From Leptogorgia sarmentosa (taxonomy: Eukaryota): 64,000 nucleotides of DNA. Below are positions 1 through 12,995 of the stretch, one piece after another. The notes beneath the pieces are model-generated. The model did not search any database. It was not told the origin of the DNA and worked only from the letters and a program-made list of their open reading frames with translations. The translations under genes were made by a program, and so were the position numbers. Numbering within the stretch: the first letter of the stretch is position 1; each line of letters begins with the position of its first letter. The DNA is taken from assembly GCA_964658305.1 (NCBI GenBank), contig OZ210885.1, positions 11,408,001 through 11,472,000 on the forward strand, in the 5' to 3' direction.

Positions 1-143
1 ATGGTTTTGAAAATCTGTATTTCGCGAAAATTAATGCCCTTTTTCTATTTTCGGTCATCAAAATCGCGAAAATAAAGTCTCGCTAAATATGGCTTCGACA
101 AAATCGCGAAATTAAGTACCCGCGAAATTAAGTACGAATAAGG
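1..143. mobile_element. Right end of a MITE with repeated TCGCGAAA(A)TTAA motifs, inserted at a TA inside a hairpin element
   Basis: There are tandem CGCGAAAT motifs ending ...AATAAGGTA. The following TTGGACTCTCTCG matches the uninterrupted copy near 14995 (AATTATTGGACTCTCTCG). Confidence 0.5.
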
Positions 144-435
144 TATTGGACTCTCTCGTGCCCAAGCCCTAGCGCTGTCAAAAGCTTGAAGCTAAAAGCC
201 CGCGAAAAAAACAAACAAACAATGGCCTGCAGCAGATTTGCTTCGCTGAATGAAAGTGAACTCTCTTTTAAATGTATAATAAAACAATTATTCGATTCGG
301 CTTTCGCATGATATCAAGAATTATTCAGACCTCGGTCAATGTTATCCGCCTCAGCTTCGCTTCGGCAGATAACATTGACCTCGGTCTGAATAATTCTTGA
401 TATCATGCTCAGCCTCATCCAATGATTGTTTATTG
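144..435. repeat. Hairpin-ended interspersed element (copy 1), nearly identical to 14996-15300
   Basis: Direct sequence match between 146-435 and about 14997-15300; terminal imperfect palindrome of about 160 nt at 277-435. Confidence 0.85.
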
Positions 436-1474
436 TATAACAAAATTACGATATTATTTCTTTGAAGAGTTTTGATTGGTTAAGAGCTGTGTATGAAATG
501 GTTATATCCGTTCGCCAAAAAACGTATATGACATTTGGACGTAATTTTTTCGTATATTGGAAACTCACATACGACATTATTTTCAAAAATCTGGGAATTG
601 TCTATAATATTATTGAATTCAGCTCTCATAGGACATGCGGAATTATCAGCTCTTTGCTCTGCTTCAATAATGAACATTAATAGTAGATGAATTTTCAAAA
701 CCTTTCATTTCTAAACGTCGTCGCGATTTAGTGATTTTCACATAATGGGGCCATAGGAAAATTCAGAATCGAGTAGATCTCGTGTGAATATCAGAGTTGG
801 CATTTGAAAAATTCCTAATGTACGTTAGGCGTACATAAATGGTGTCAGCCCGTTTATTATCTTATAAGCCAACGAGGAATCTCAAACCGTCGAGTCGTTC
901 TTCTCTGCAATCCATAATACCCTTTGAAGTATATTTCTACCGCACGATTGCTTCACGGAACTGAATTACATCATTACTTGTTCTATTATCGCACAACATG
1001 AAACTTCGGTCAAGCTTCGTTAATAGTTTATGCATGGTTGTAGAAAGCCAGGTTAAGGTGAAGTGATTAGTGCACTCTTTGCCAGACTTGGGTAGATGTT
1101 TTCCTTTACCCGAAGATGAGTACAGTATGGAATTCCCATGATTACGCCGGGTTTGTTTTTTTATATTCAGTCTGTAACCAAATAATACAGGTTCTGGTTG
1201 CGCGTGAAGCAATGTAAGACAAGACAAGGGAAGGGAAGGTAAGACAACGCAAGAAGTGTGCAGGTAAGGGAAAATTACGGAGCAAGAAAGGCCAAGAAAG
1301 AACATTCCATACCAAGCTGAGGCATACAATCCTGGACAAAAGTTGTTGCAAATCCAACTCTTTCCTCCAGAATTGAATGTTGCCACGTGAAATCGAAACA
1401 AAACATTGCAGGGCTTAAGCAAACACGACGCGAAGTCAGCGGGAACGTGACAATGGCGTGGCATGAGAGATTTT

Positions 1475-4400
1475 TTACTTCCCGTTTAGACTAGGACGTC
1501 GCACATGTTCTGTTGAGGACGGCATCTGGGCTGCTTTCACCTCCTCTCCAGAACCTGACATATGAATGCTTGTGTTCAAACATATTTTCCTTGCTAGTTC
1601 TGAATTTCATTTTGATTGACAAGCGTACGTCTAAATAACTCAACGGGTTTTAGCTGCCTTAATTCTTAGCAAACATTTTAATCGCCATAATAAAATGACC
1701 AAATTGTATACGTCGTTAATCGGTTCAATGTTAGTCGTTCTTTACCAAATGCCACATTTTAGAATAGAAAAGTTGGATGAAAACAACCTGACGTTAAAAT
1801 GAACAAGTAAAAATAGAAATAGGATGAATTTGCACCACTTGAACAGAAGAAAACAGATTTCAATCATTTTATTTGCCTTAAAAAACTGTCAATTGATACA
1901 TATTCAAACACACGACAGAAAAGTTGGACTTAAATATGGATATTGATTTCGAACAGTTTTATTAAACGGAGTGAAGTATTTAATTTGTAAAAATTACTTG
2001 CAGATTTGCGATTTCAAAACCGCGAAAAGACCGATAAAACTGTCTTTTCCAAAGAAACTCATTAAGTGTTACTCAAAAATCTTCAGAAAAATCTTCTAGC
2101 TCGCTTTTTGCCTAGTTTATGACAGCTTTGCCCGGATCCTAAACCCGAAAAAGAAAAGTCGGGAAAATATTGGGAAAATGTTTTAACTTCAAATCACTAT
2201 AGCACGAATAAGCGTCGAACCGGGCCCTGAACTATAAAACTGCGACAGACGCATCGCATGATAATGCAAAAGTAAACTAAACTATAGGAAAACTGGATAA
2301 AATAAAGTTCATTATTTTATTACCTAGCAGTTGTGGACAGATTGAATCAGCATTCTTTTCGATAACGTGGGAAGAAAACATTAACGATGATTTGAGGAGT
2401 TGGGTTTCCTGTGACAATGTGCCCAAAAAACGAAAATCTGATACTACGGACGGTAGGTCAATGTGTTTCACTTTTTGTTGAAGCCAGTTTAAATCGAAGA
2501 ACAGTTGAAGTAGTTCACCGTGTTGTTCTGAGGAGGAGATATGATAGGGAAGGAACTTGAAGTAATAATCTTTTTGCGCGGTAGTTGAATTATCATTCCA
2601 TTCACCGTTGACGCATTGGCCACGAAGTGTCTCCACAAACAAACGCTGAACACCAGTTAGTGAGCCCGTGACTTTAAGTTTTTTCCGGGCAAAATCCAGC
2701 AGTAAATCATGCACACGGTAGCTTGTCTTCTTTTGAAGTTGAGGTCCTGAAAAAAAGATTATTGGGACGTCAAGCATCAATCAGTTACTGACATTGGTGC
2801 ATTGACAAGCGATATCCAACGGACAGTAGGTTTTCGTTTATCTAAAACTGACTAATAAATAGTAATAGAGACATAAAAACTGTTTTTAAAGGAAAGTTAT
2901 TCAATGCACGACTTGCGGTTTAGAGTAATTTTAATGCGAGGATTTACTAAAACATCGCTCGTGTACCTTTTTGAATCATGGATTTTCTTTCAAGAGCATC
3001 AAGTATACGTCTTGTTTTCCTAGGTTCACACGATGTTCTACCGGCTCCTTCTGCGGACCAAAACAGCTCCAGTACATCTGAAGGTATATTTGTATCTTCT
3101 GGAAATATACCAAAATCTAGGAACTTTTCTTGTTCCCATTGTTCTAAGCGTTCAAAGCTAATATTAATGGCTGTAACGATGTTATCATAAGGATAATTGT
3201 CGGTGGCAACCATTGAATGAAGTTCTTCCAAATTAGTAGTAAATCCATCTAAAATATCTTGCCAAGCCTGTTCCGACCGATTGCCGTTTAAATTTGAGCC
3301 AACAAGTGAGAGGGCCAGCGGCAGGCCTTTGCACTGTTTTAATAGTTCTTCAATAATTTGCTGCATTTTTGGACTAAAGCTAGGCAGTTCATCTTGCTTA
3401 ATCCCAGCACTTTGAAAAAATAGCTCTCGAGATTTATCCTGTTCCATTATATCGAGTTCGTAGACAAAACCTCTTGAACCTCGGACAACATTGACATCTC
3501 TGGTAGTTATCAATAACTGACATTTTTCAGACAAGGTATCAAACACAGCAGCGTCGTTAACATTCCAAACATCATCAAGAACTACAAGACATTCTTTATC
3601 GCTCTGCAATAGATAGAAAAATATTACATGTAAGATACTGTATGGTCTTTTTGCTGAGTGTCTTCACAGTAGACAGCCTGGAAATGACTTCACTGCAGTA
3701 CGACTATACCTTTCAGCTTATTAAAACTTTAGAGAGTGTTTAAGGAACGCGCCACGTACATTATTAACTCCTATGCAAATCCGATTAAAGATATATTAAA
3801 TAGTACTTTTATTTCAAGGGTTACACAGCGGAGCCAAGAACCTCGAACAACCAAGCGAAACAAGGATTGAATACAGGGTGTGTCAAAAAAGTTTAGTGTA
3901 GGAAATATTCCCTAAACTAACGTGCGTTAACGAAATCTGTGAAAACGTTCAGTTAACCTACGCAGATTAACACCCTCTGGTACATCTCGCACTGAGTTTA
4001 TTTAAAATATTTAACTTTCTTTTTTAGAGTAGGAAATGTGTTGCTGCAGGGCATTTTAAAAATAACTTGGGCACAAAAACTAAGTTCTTTTCGACTCAAA
4101 ATATGGAGCATGTTGTACAAGTTATTAAAGTGTTGTGGAATTTGCTGCCCGCAGTGTTGTCACTGCGAGAACTGGATTTTGCGTTGCTTCCTGCGTGATT
4201 ACCCATTAATTTAATGCATAATTGGATATTCCATTAATTTTCAATGCGAATTCCAAGGCCTTAACTACGCGAATAAATTGCGTTAAATCCAGATTTCGGA
4301 CATCGCTCGTTCGCCTCAGCGAGTGCGTAAGTTACAAACCTCAACGAATGTGAATAAGTTACAAACCCATGGACGACCCAGCGGCCTCCAACACAAGTTA

Positions 4401-7400
4401 CGGGTAAAGTAATACCATATTATTCAAACAATTATACATGCACCTTTTAATAATAATCTAAATAATATGGTAATGCTTTAACCTTAAGCCCATTTTCCAC
4501 TCCATTATTTCGCGACAGAAATTGACAAGAATATGATGTTCTATATTCATTCGCCACTGAAGAAAATTGTTCCACTTCTGTAGTTGTTGAAAATGTTCAC
4601 TGTTGGCGCGAAAGAACGAAGAATTAGATTTGTCGGTGGCAAAATTATTCGCGAGCGGCGGCCAAGTACGTGAGTGGAAAACGGGCTTTACGCGAGCTTG
4701 TCCGGGAAGAATAAAAATAAGGCTTGTTTGAAATTGATTTCGAACTCAAAAAATTCGAATGCATACATACTGTGTTCTTTTTAATCCAGTCTTGTGCTTC
4801 ACGGATAACACTGAAAGGTTTTGCTCCACCAAGAACTTTTACTAAGATGTTAATCAGTGCTAAACAGTCAGGAGTTTCCCCAACATCAAGCCATATCACT
4901 TGACGTGAAACTGAAACTTCCCATGCGACAGCCAGAGCTAAGATGGTCTTACCCAGACCCCCCATACCACGGATACCAACGACGTCACCGTTGCGACTTC
5001 CCACCACACCAACTTTACTATTTCCTTCCGTAAGCAACTTCAATATCTCGTTCACTTCTGATGGTCTTTCCACCATGTCACGAGGTAGACTGCGTAAACC
5101 ATACCAACCTAAGATAGGAAATAAACGAGTTATGCTGGATGAGTACAACTGAACCTAAAAAATTTATAGTAAATGCATAGAGATTATTCATTCAAAAGAT
5201 ATCTCTTTACAAGTTTTTACCAGAACTGCAAAACAAAACGTTGTCATGTATTTAACAACGATTTTGGTAAAATATATCTTTCATGGTGATTAGTACAAGA
5301 AGTGTCCTAACTTTGGTTTTTCATTTCATGAACATGACTCATTCTAATACCTCAATGATGGAAATTAACCTCAAATACCTTTGATGGATGGAAATTGCTG
5401 AAAACATAAGGGTACACTAGAACACAACGCATAGTACAATTGGGCTCTCTCTGTTCCATCAGTTCTCATAATTTGTATATTTAAACTCTGAATTCGAGAT
5501 CACATGACAATAAAAATAAACGAATTCGGTATTTTGACATAAATGGAAAAATGAAACTTAAATATCTGACATTGTCATTTAAGCACTCCCGTTGCAGTTG
5601 AGCTGGGTTGGCTCTTCACCGGCTTTTTTATTTGGTTGACCACTATACCGCGCAGTTCTTTTTTTCGCCTGACCGGAGAGGGAGAGTGTGTTTCAAAATT
5701 ATTCGGAGAAACATCGGATTCGCATGAAATTTGCAATGTTTTCATATCGTATTTCTTTTGCCATTTACTCAATCCAGCATATAATTGGCGACAAAGGAGA
5801 AACTGGACGTTCGAATCCAGAATTGGAACCAAAATTTTTAATGAATTTCCTGACAGATCCAGATACTCAAAAGGTTAATTTTGCTGCATAACATGTTTTG
5901 CATAAATACAGTTTAACTAAATTAAATTTTATAGTCATAAAAACAATACCTGGTTTCTCTGCATAATCTGAATGCTCTGTTCTAAGCATTTTATCAATTT
6001 TCTCCGCCTGACGTTTAAGTTTTTCTGAGTTTTCAGCTGCACATCTTGCAACGTCTTCAATTTTGCACAACAGTCTTGACTTTATATTGTCAAGTTCTTC
6101 CACCACTTCATGCATCTGGGAAGAGAAAAGTGACATGTTACATAAATAAGTGATAAATCTTTACAATATGAAGTACACAGCTGTAGTGTTTAATAGGGAT
6201 TTCGGGCACTGATAAAACTAGTGAAAGTATTTATAATTTCCAGCGTGAAAATTACAGTTTTTAATCTAATGTCATTAGTATGTAAGCATGCATTCTTCAG
6301 TGGCGTATACCCAGAATGATAATTGGGTGCCCCATATTAATATATTCATGTTCTGCGCTATTAATTTCTTTTAAAATCAATTGTCTTAATGTGAACACGG
6401 GAATATGAATATGGGTACCTCCCAATTATCGCTATTGCTACGCCACTTGCATTTTTAAAGTTTTTTTCCTCTGTTGTCAATTAGCCTTTTTGATCTGCTT
6501 TTTTGATCTTTTGACAGATCTGCTTCAAGATCTGTCAAAAACTATGAAATGCATGTACCTCACAGTGAGGACGTGAATGCTTGGTCGACATAGAAGTAAA
6601 GTAGAACACCAGCTAGAATTAGGTATTGTAATTTAAATGCAGCGAGCAGAAGTGGAATCCCAATTGGCTGCATCTTTCGCAGTCGTCTCTTGGTTAGTTG
6701 AGTGGTCGTCATGCCATCAATCGCACTAAACGGTCTACGCACTTACGGTTTTCAGGCGTACTCGATCAAAAGCAAACGGCTGCGTGATTTATAGGCGTAT
6801 TCGGTCAAAACTAAAACGCTTTCTGGGCGTTATTGATCATAACTAAAGGGCTTTCTACACGAAATTCTGTCGACTACGTAGGTATATAGGCAAAACAAAA
6901 CGACTGCTTGGTTATGCATTGATGGAGGTCACTATGGGCTTTCCCGTATCGTGAATTTAAAAGCGTCTTGTTTCACATTTAAACTACAATTCCAGCTATT
7001 TTTTCAATTTTGTTTATTTTAGCTGTTTAGTACATTTCAAGACGAAAGAGAATATATTTTTAAGAGTAAGCATTCGATTCGTGGTCTTCTGCGGTGTTTA
7101 ATGGTGCCTGAGTTGAGGATCACTTAAAAACACTCAAAAGTATTTTGAGCGTGTTATCACTGAACATTGTTACGTAATTACGTACGTTTTAAATTGGCTA
7201 AAAACAATTCCAATTTTTTATCACGCAATAACGAGCACCGTACATACAATCAATTACAACTCCTAAACACCTTTGGCAAAAAAACAACCTTTACGAGCTA
7301 ACCTGTGGAAATAGCTTCATGACTTTTCATGTCCCGGAGGGAGACAAGTTCCCGAAAAGGGGCCGGGAAAAGCAAAATATGGTCCGCTTGTTGAACGGGT

Positions 7401-8921
7401 CGATATAATACTATTTTAGCGATTGTTAGGGGGAATATTAGATTTTGCTCAAACCTTTTTGTCTGCTTCAAACTGCCAAGTTTCACCACTTCGGCGAAGT
7501 TCGTCAAGTAATTTTAAGTAACGACCATCAACAAAAACGTCCGAGACTAAGAACGAGAAAGTATATTATTAAATCAAACAAATAATACAATAGCACAGGT
7601 ACCGTATTTGCAGTTATAAGGAAGTCCCAGAGTTCGGTATGAGTAATTTCCGGTAATACGGGAAAATTATATTGATATTATCGGTATACCGATTTTTGAA
7701 CGAGGTCATCAGCTAAGGTTAAGCTTAAAAACCTCTAAGTCTAACGCTGTAATCGCATGATGAGAATATTTACCAATTCGAAGCATGTAAAATGCTGTGT
7801 TCAAGCATAGCCTTAAAAACCGCACCTAATTACAACAACCAATTAACTGATAAATTTCAGGCTAACTACACTCGCACATAGTTGCAACAATACAGAACTA
7901 CCACAGTTTATTGAAGAATTTCTGTAGGTATAAAACTTCGATATATGGGTATGACGAAAAAACCTATACAGATATACCGATATTAGTTTTCATACAGATA
8001 TTTCGGTATATTGGTAGCTATACCGAACAGTCCTTCCCAGAGTACAACATTCCCTCGAACAAGACATACAAGGTGTAGTATTTAAGCACTTCTGACGACA
8101 AAAAAATGTGATTCAGTAACCTTTCAAGTATCTTTCAAGTGTCAAACCACAATTAATAAGCAATAAACTGATAACGAACAAGAGCAGGAAGGATAATCTC
8201 ACAACCTAAACCATAAAACAGATTCGACGTATCGTTTAGCAAGTGAGATTATCCTTCTTGCTCTTGTTCGTTATCCTGAAGTGATACCTACGCTGGCCAC
8301 GTGTGTGTAATTTAAACTGATACCTTTATTCTTCCATTCCAGTAGATCATCACACGCCTGTTTTTCAAGATCAGGTGATAAATTAATGTTTTTCATCAAG
8401 AATTCCATATCTTGAATTGCATCATTGAACATGACATTGGTCCAATTGGAAAAATTACAATGAGCCCACTCATTTCTCACTTTTGACCTTACATTCTTTG
8501 CGTACACTGAGGCACCAGATGTTATGAATGGATCGGCTTCACACATGATAGTCAGTAAAGCAGAAAGATCCATTGTATCGTCAAAACCTGTAAACTTTGC
8601 CATGAACGGTTGAATGAACAACTTTGCCAAAGACAGAGCATCTTTCACCGCGTAGTCATATGCACGGGGAGATTTGTGTACATTATTACCGTTGATGTTT
8701 TTATATTGTAAGGAAAAGGTTGATGGCGGAAATGTTTTCTTATACTTTCCAGAAGTTTGTTTGTCAATTTCATCAGGTGGTTTACATAAGTCTTGATACC
8801 AGCTCTGCAATTCTGCATCGACAACTTTCCTCAAGGTGGGAGTGACAACTTTGGTAAGGCAAATACCAATCAAAACCCATCTGGATTCTTCATCTGTTGT
8901 GTAACTGGCACCGCTTGCCAT
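1475..8921 (-). CDS. Multi-exon STAND NTPase gene: N-terminal HEPN (DZIP3-type) domain, coiled-coil exon, Apaf-1-like NB-ARC and helical domain
   Basis: GT-AG exons read by eye: 8921-8324 (HEPN, VRNEWAH), 6115-5950, 5154-4771 (Walker A GMGGLGKT), 3603-2967 (Walker B LVVLDDVW, LITTRD, GLPLAL), 2746-2324 (VHDLL, the MHD motif), and a probable last exon 1554-1475. Phases match from 5154 onward. The joins 8324>6115 and 5950>5154 do not match in phase, so small exons are missed or the gene has lesions. Confidence 0.8.
3875..4320. mobile_element. Partial Tc1/mariner-type MITE related to 57322-58096
   Basis: TA|CAGGGTGTGTCAAAAAAGTTT terminus; shared internal blocks CACCCTCTGG, AACTGGATTTT..TTCCTGCGTGATTACC and GGACATCGC. 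Confidence 0.65.
6298..6448. mobile_element. hAT-type MITE
   Basis: CAGTGGCGTA...TACGCCACT termini; flanks GCATTCTT/GCATTTTT (7/8 TSD); family core ATATTCAT..TTCTG. Confidence 0.75.
8170..8275. repeat. Short inverted repeat (about 33-bp arms) in an intron, likely a MITE relic
   Basis: GATAACGAACAAGAGCAGGAAGGATAATCTCAC ... GTGAGATTATCCTTCTTGCTCTTGTTCGTTATC. Confidence 0.7.
8324..8921 (-). CDS. HEPN (DZIP3-like) domain exon of the NB-ARC gene
   Basis: ORF 8271..8921 has an all-helical character and an RxxxxH motif (RNEWAH). Donor AAG|GTATCA at 8324/8323; acceptor AG just upstream of the ATG (8933-8934). Confidence 0.7.
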
Positions 8922-9750
8922 TATTCAGGGATCTACAAATAAAATATACGTGAATTAAGTGTACGCAATATAAAAAGACGTTCAGCTGAAATCAATGAAC
9001 TTCATAACATTTTTATGCACTCCATATTTTAAATATGCAGTTAAGATCAAAATACGTGGCACTAAAGGCGCATTTACACTACACAAGAATTGGCGCGTCG
9101 CGGCTAAAATTTGGAACGGATGCCTGTTTTATTGGCACGGCACCAAGAAATTTCTGTGCCTAGACCCAGAACATAGTTGGACAAATGCCGTGCCATACAA
9201 AATGATACCAGTTTGCTTCGATGTACGCATGCTCGGAACGGTTTTCAAAATCGGGGAAAAGAAAGAGGCGGGGAGCAGTTCGGAACACTTTTACTGGAGT
9301 AATGCAAAACATAATTGGGCGAGCCCTGAGGCCATTGTATACCGGTGAGGTTTCCGAGATTACAGCTCAGTCAAACTTGAATTTTGTTAAAACCCTTTTG
9401 TTATCAACGTTAACAAAAAGAATTAAAACTTAAAATCAATAGAAAGCTTTATGACCTGAGAAAATTTTGTACAGCTATTAATTTTGTTAATTAATAGCCA
9501 TCTAAAATAGTGTGACCACGTGGCAAACTTCCGGTTTAATCCAAATTGTAGCAATTCAATTCAAGTCTACTGTCATTTCGTTATAAAACTCTACACATAG
9601 GTCGAGGTGAAGTTCTATTCAAATTCATCAAGAGATACAAAACAAAAGCAGTGCAACAGTCGAAATATAGAATTGTCAAACAATGAATCGAGTACAAGAC
9701 GGCGGGTGGAAAGTTGTAGTGTGCAATCGTAGAAACTGCCTCAACATACG

Positions 9751-9946
9751 CAGGGCCGTCGCTAGAACGTTAATTGGGGGGGGGGGGGGGGGGGGTTGCA
9801 TATTCATATTTTGGCGTTCTGCCGACTGATTTCTTTTCAAATCAGTTGTTTATGAATTAATTTCTAAAGAAATCAGTCGGCAGAACCCCAAAATATTAAT
9901 ATGCACCACCCCCCCCCCCCCAATTAACGTTATAGCGACGGCCCTG
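9751..9946. mobile_element. hAT-type MITE (same family as 6298, 29269, 32859)
   Basis: TIR CAGGGCCGTCGCTA..AACGTTAATTGGGG; flanks AACATACG/AAAATACG (7/8 TSD). Confidence 0.85.
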
Positions 9947-12256
9947 AAAATACGATAAAACGTTCATTAAGACATGCGACAAAGCACGACAAAACCCAAA
10001 GTGCCTGCACTCATGACAAAAACGACTGAACGTACGTGTGACCACGTCGAAAAAGGTTTTTCACGGGGTCAGGGCTATTTCAGATACCTTGAGGCAGATC
10101 GGTCCTTTGGCACGTAATTTTCACAAAATAAACAAGTCCCAAACCATAAATCTAACCATAACCGTAGCATTCTAACCCTAACCACTAAAACAATTCGAGA
10201 GAGTAAGAGAAAAATCAAAGAATGTTTTCAAAGGCTTTTGGGAGGGTTAGTGGTGCTTGGAGCACAGTCCCTCGGAAAATATCATCACTTTGGGAAATAT
10301 TACGCCGAATTCCCCTCCCTCCGGGTCTATAAATGATAAATAGCTACTGTATTTCTTTCGTTATGTGTCATTCATTCCGTGCCATTCTAATGCAATAATC
10401 GCTCAAAAATACGCTTAACTTTAGGTAAAACATATTTTTAAGCACAATACATAATTTCCCTCCGGAAATACGCATATAGTACACTGGAGGGCATAATAAA
10501 GAATCACAAAAAACTTCCGCTATAATACAATTCACTTGCATGCTATCAGTCAATTTAATCTCAGTCTTGCATTAACTAACAATGAATGTTTTATGTTAGA
10601 CGGAATCTATCAACTTTTATAGACTTAAATGTTGGCAATCATATACAATAGTTTTTAATGAAACTTGTATCAACCTAATTAGTCAAGAACAGCAAATTTG
10701 CTGACAGCGCTACAGACTGAGCGTTGCTAAGTTGCAGTTATATCGCTGAAAACCTGAAAGCAATAAAGGTCCACTTGTTGTTTGTTCCCTGGTTATTGCA
10801 TGCTCAAGTCTGTATTGAATAAACCCGAAGTGAGGATGGAGGCTGCTTTGTTTGGCAATGCTCAATTCAATTTAGGATTTTCAACAAATCGTGTCAAGTA
10901 GCGCTGTATTCATGACATGTCAGCGATTGAACACGCACCAGTCATATGTATGTTTACCTTGATATAACCACCCAAGAATCAGTACAGATAGTAATGAAAA
11001 GCTTTAAGCATTTAATAAATAATGATTCATGATCTCACTTTTTATAAAAAGATCCAAATCTTGTCTAGTTTTATCAGTATCTTGTCTGAATAAATTAAGT
11101 TCAATTTACAAACAAGCGCTCTTGCATGACCAATATCTTGGATAAACAAAGTGGTGATATCAGGAGTTTATGTGCAATACAAGGTTCACGAGATCACAGA
11201 TAATTAAAAGTAAGAGCGACATAGAACACCCTCACATAACCTGAGACGATATTACACGAATGGTAGAAGCGTAAAGGCATGTTTGTTTGTCATTGTGTTG
11301 CAACGTCATCAGATGGATATTGTGCTTTGAAAAGAAATTTGTTATATTGCATTCTGTAACGTTATTGTGCAAACTGGAAATAGTTTCAAAAATTTTTGTG
11401 GTACTCACCGAATGTTGAATTCGCAAAGATGTTAAAAGCTTCTGTATTAAACTTCTACGACGTAAATAAATGTTGTCACATATTGAGAACGCTCCAGCTT
11501 TTGCGTTTGTGGGTTTCACTTGAATGGTGCTGGGTCGAAGAATAATATAACTTAGTCATATGTCACGAGTTGCGTGGGAGCAAGGAGCAGCATGTATTTA
11601 CCATGCATCAGACATTGATTATGAGTGCGAATTAGAATCGACTCTGACTTGTATAGGGTGCCGGCTCCATAAAGGTTTTCTTTATAGAAATCATTCTTCT
11701 GTTGTTAATCTCGGGTTATAAATTCACTATAAGTTTAAATTCACTTCTGACGAACAGCATACTAAATTCGTTTTGTCTAGCCTCATTTGCATCAACAAGC
11801 TTTATTTGGCAAGTTCCACTTTATCATTTTTTTCCTGCATTTATAATGGACGTGAAACTGCTGAGTACCTGTCCAAAGTTATACAACAAAGGTTGGATGC
11901 AGACACAAAGAGCAGACCATCATAAAACAGTTTTAACAGACGATGGCGAAATAAAATGAAATATTTTGAAAGAACTCTTTGTTTTAAAGGGCAATGTGTA
12001 CATTAGAAACAGTATTTGCATTCTTTTCACAGTAAATTCTTTGTCATTTTAGTGACAAATATAATCGATGACTGTTCGAGAACATCTACGTCCACATTGG
12101 GCAATTTAAAATTGCAATTATTATTATCATTATTAGCTATAAGATTGTCGAAGCGTAAGTGGAAAGTGAAATGATCGTATAATGACAAGGGAGAAATAGC
12201 GTATTTCATGGCAACAAAACCTTGCGCTACTCATTGTGAGAGATTATGGAAGTCAC

Positions 12257-12440
<184 letters not shown>

Positions 12441-12849
12441 AATGTTTTTTTTTCTCGTTTTGGTTCCGGATCAATTTGTGCGTCAGAACTTAGCAATTAA
12501 CCCAACTATAACGCTGAATGTCCTAATCCATGCACCTGAACATTACGATGATCTTGACTGATATCAAATTTTGTGATAACATTTTCAGGGCTGATCTGAA
12601 CCACTGATTAGCGATCTACAGTCGAACACTTTAGCTCTGAGTCCATGTTTATCCTCTTATGTAGTTCAGGCTCAAAAGTATAGATTGTGTATCAGTCATG
12701 AAAAATATTCTCCAAACGAACGAGTACTCAAATTTGCTGTTATATTACGAACACTTTGCTAATTCAATCACGAAGTTTCTGTCTCTGTACTTCAGAATTG
12801 GCACCTAAGAAAAGCTAAGTTGCTATAAGATAACATCAAATGAAATGTT

Positions 12850-12995
12850 TTTAAAAGAACGCTTTGTCTTAAATAGCAATGTTTACTTTAAAAGAACGCC
12901 TTGTCTTAAATGGCAATGTTTACTTTAAAAGAACGCCTTGTCTTAAATGGCAATTTTTACTTTAAAAGAACGCTTTGTCTTAAATGGCAATGTTT
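12850..12995. repeat. Minisatellite, about 37-bp unit x4
   Basis: Unit TTTAAAAGAACGCCTTGTCTTAAATGGCAATGTTTAC is repeated. Confidence 0.9.

Noticed and set aside
462..1464. ORFs 937..1464, 1142..1357 and 480..698 as WD40 or other continuation of the NB-ARC gene
   Set aside because: No recognisable motifs and no phase-compatible splice path found.
5575..5891. Open frames as the missing linker exon of the NB-ARC gene
   Set aside because: The nearest acceptor gives a stop in the required phase; unresolved.
12850..12995. 37-bp repeats as a CRISPR array
   Set aside because: The units are head-to-tail with no unique spacers, there are no cas genes, and the context is eukaryotic.
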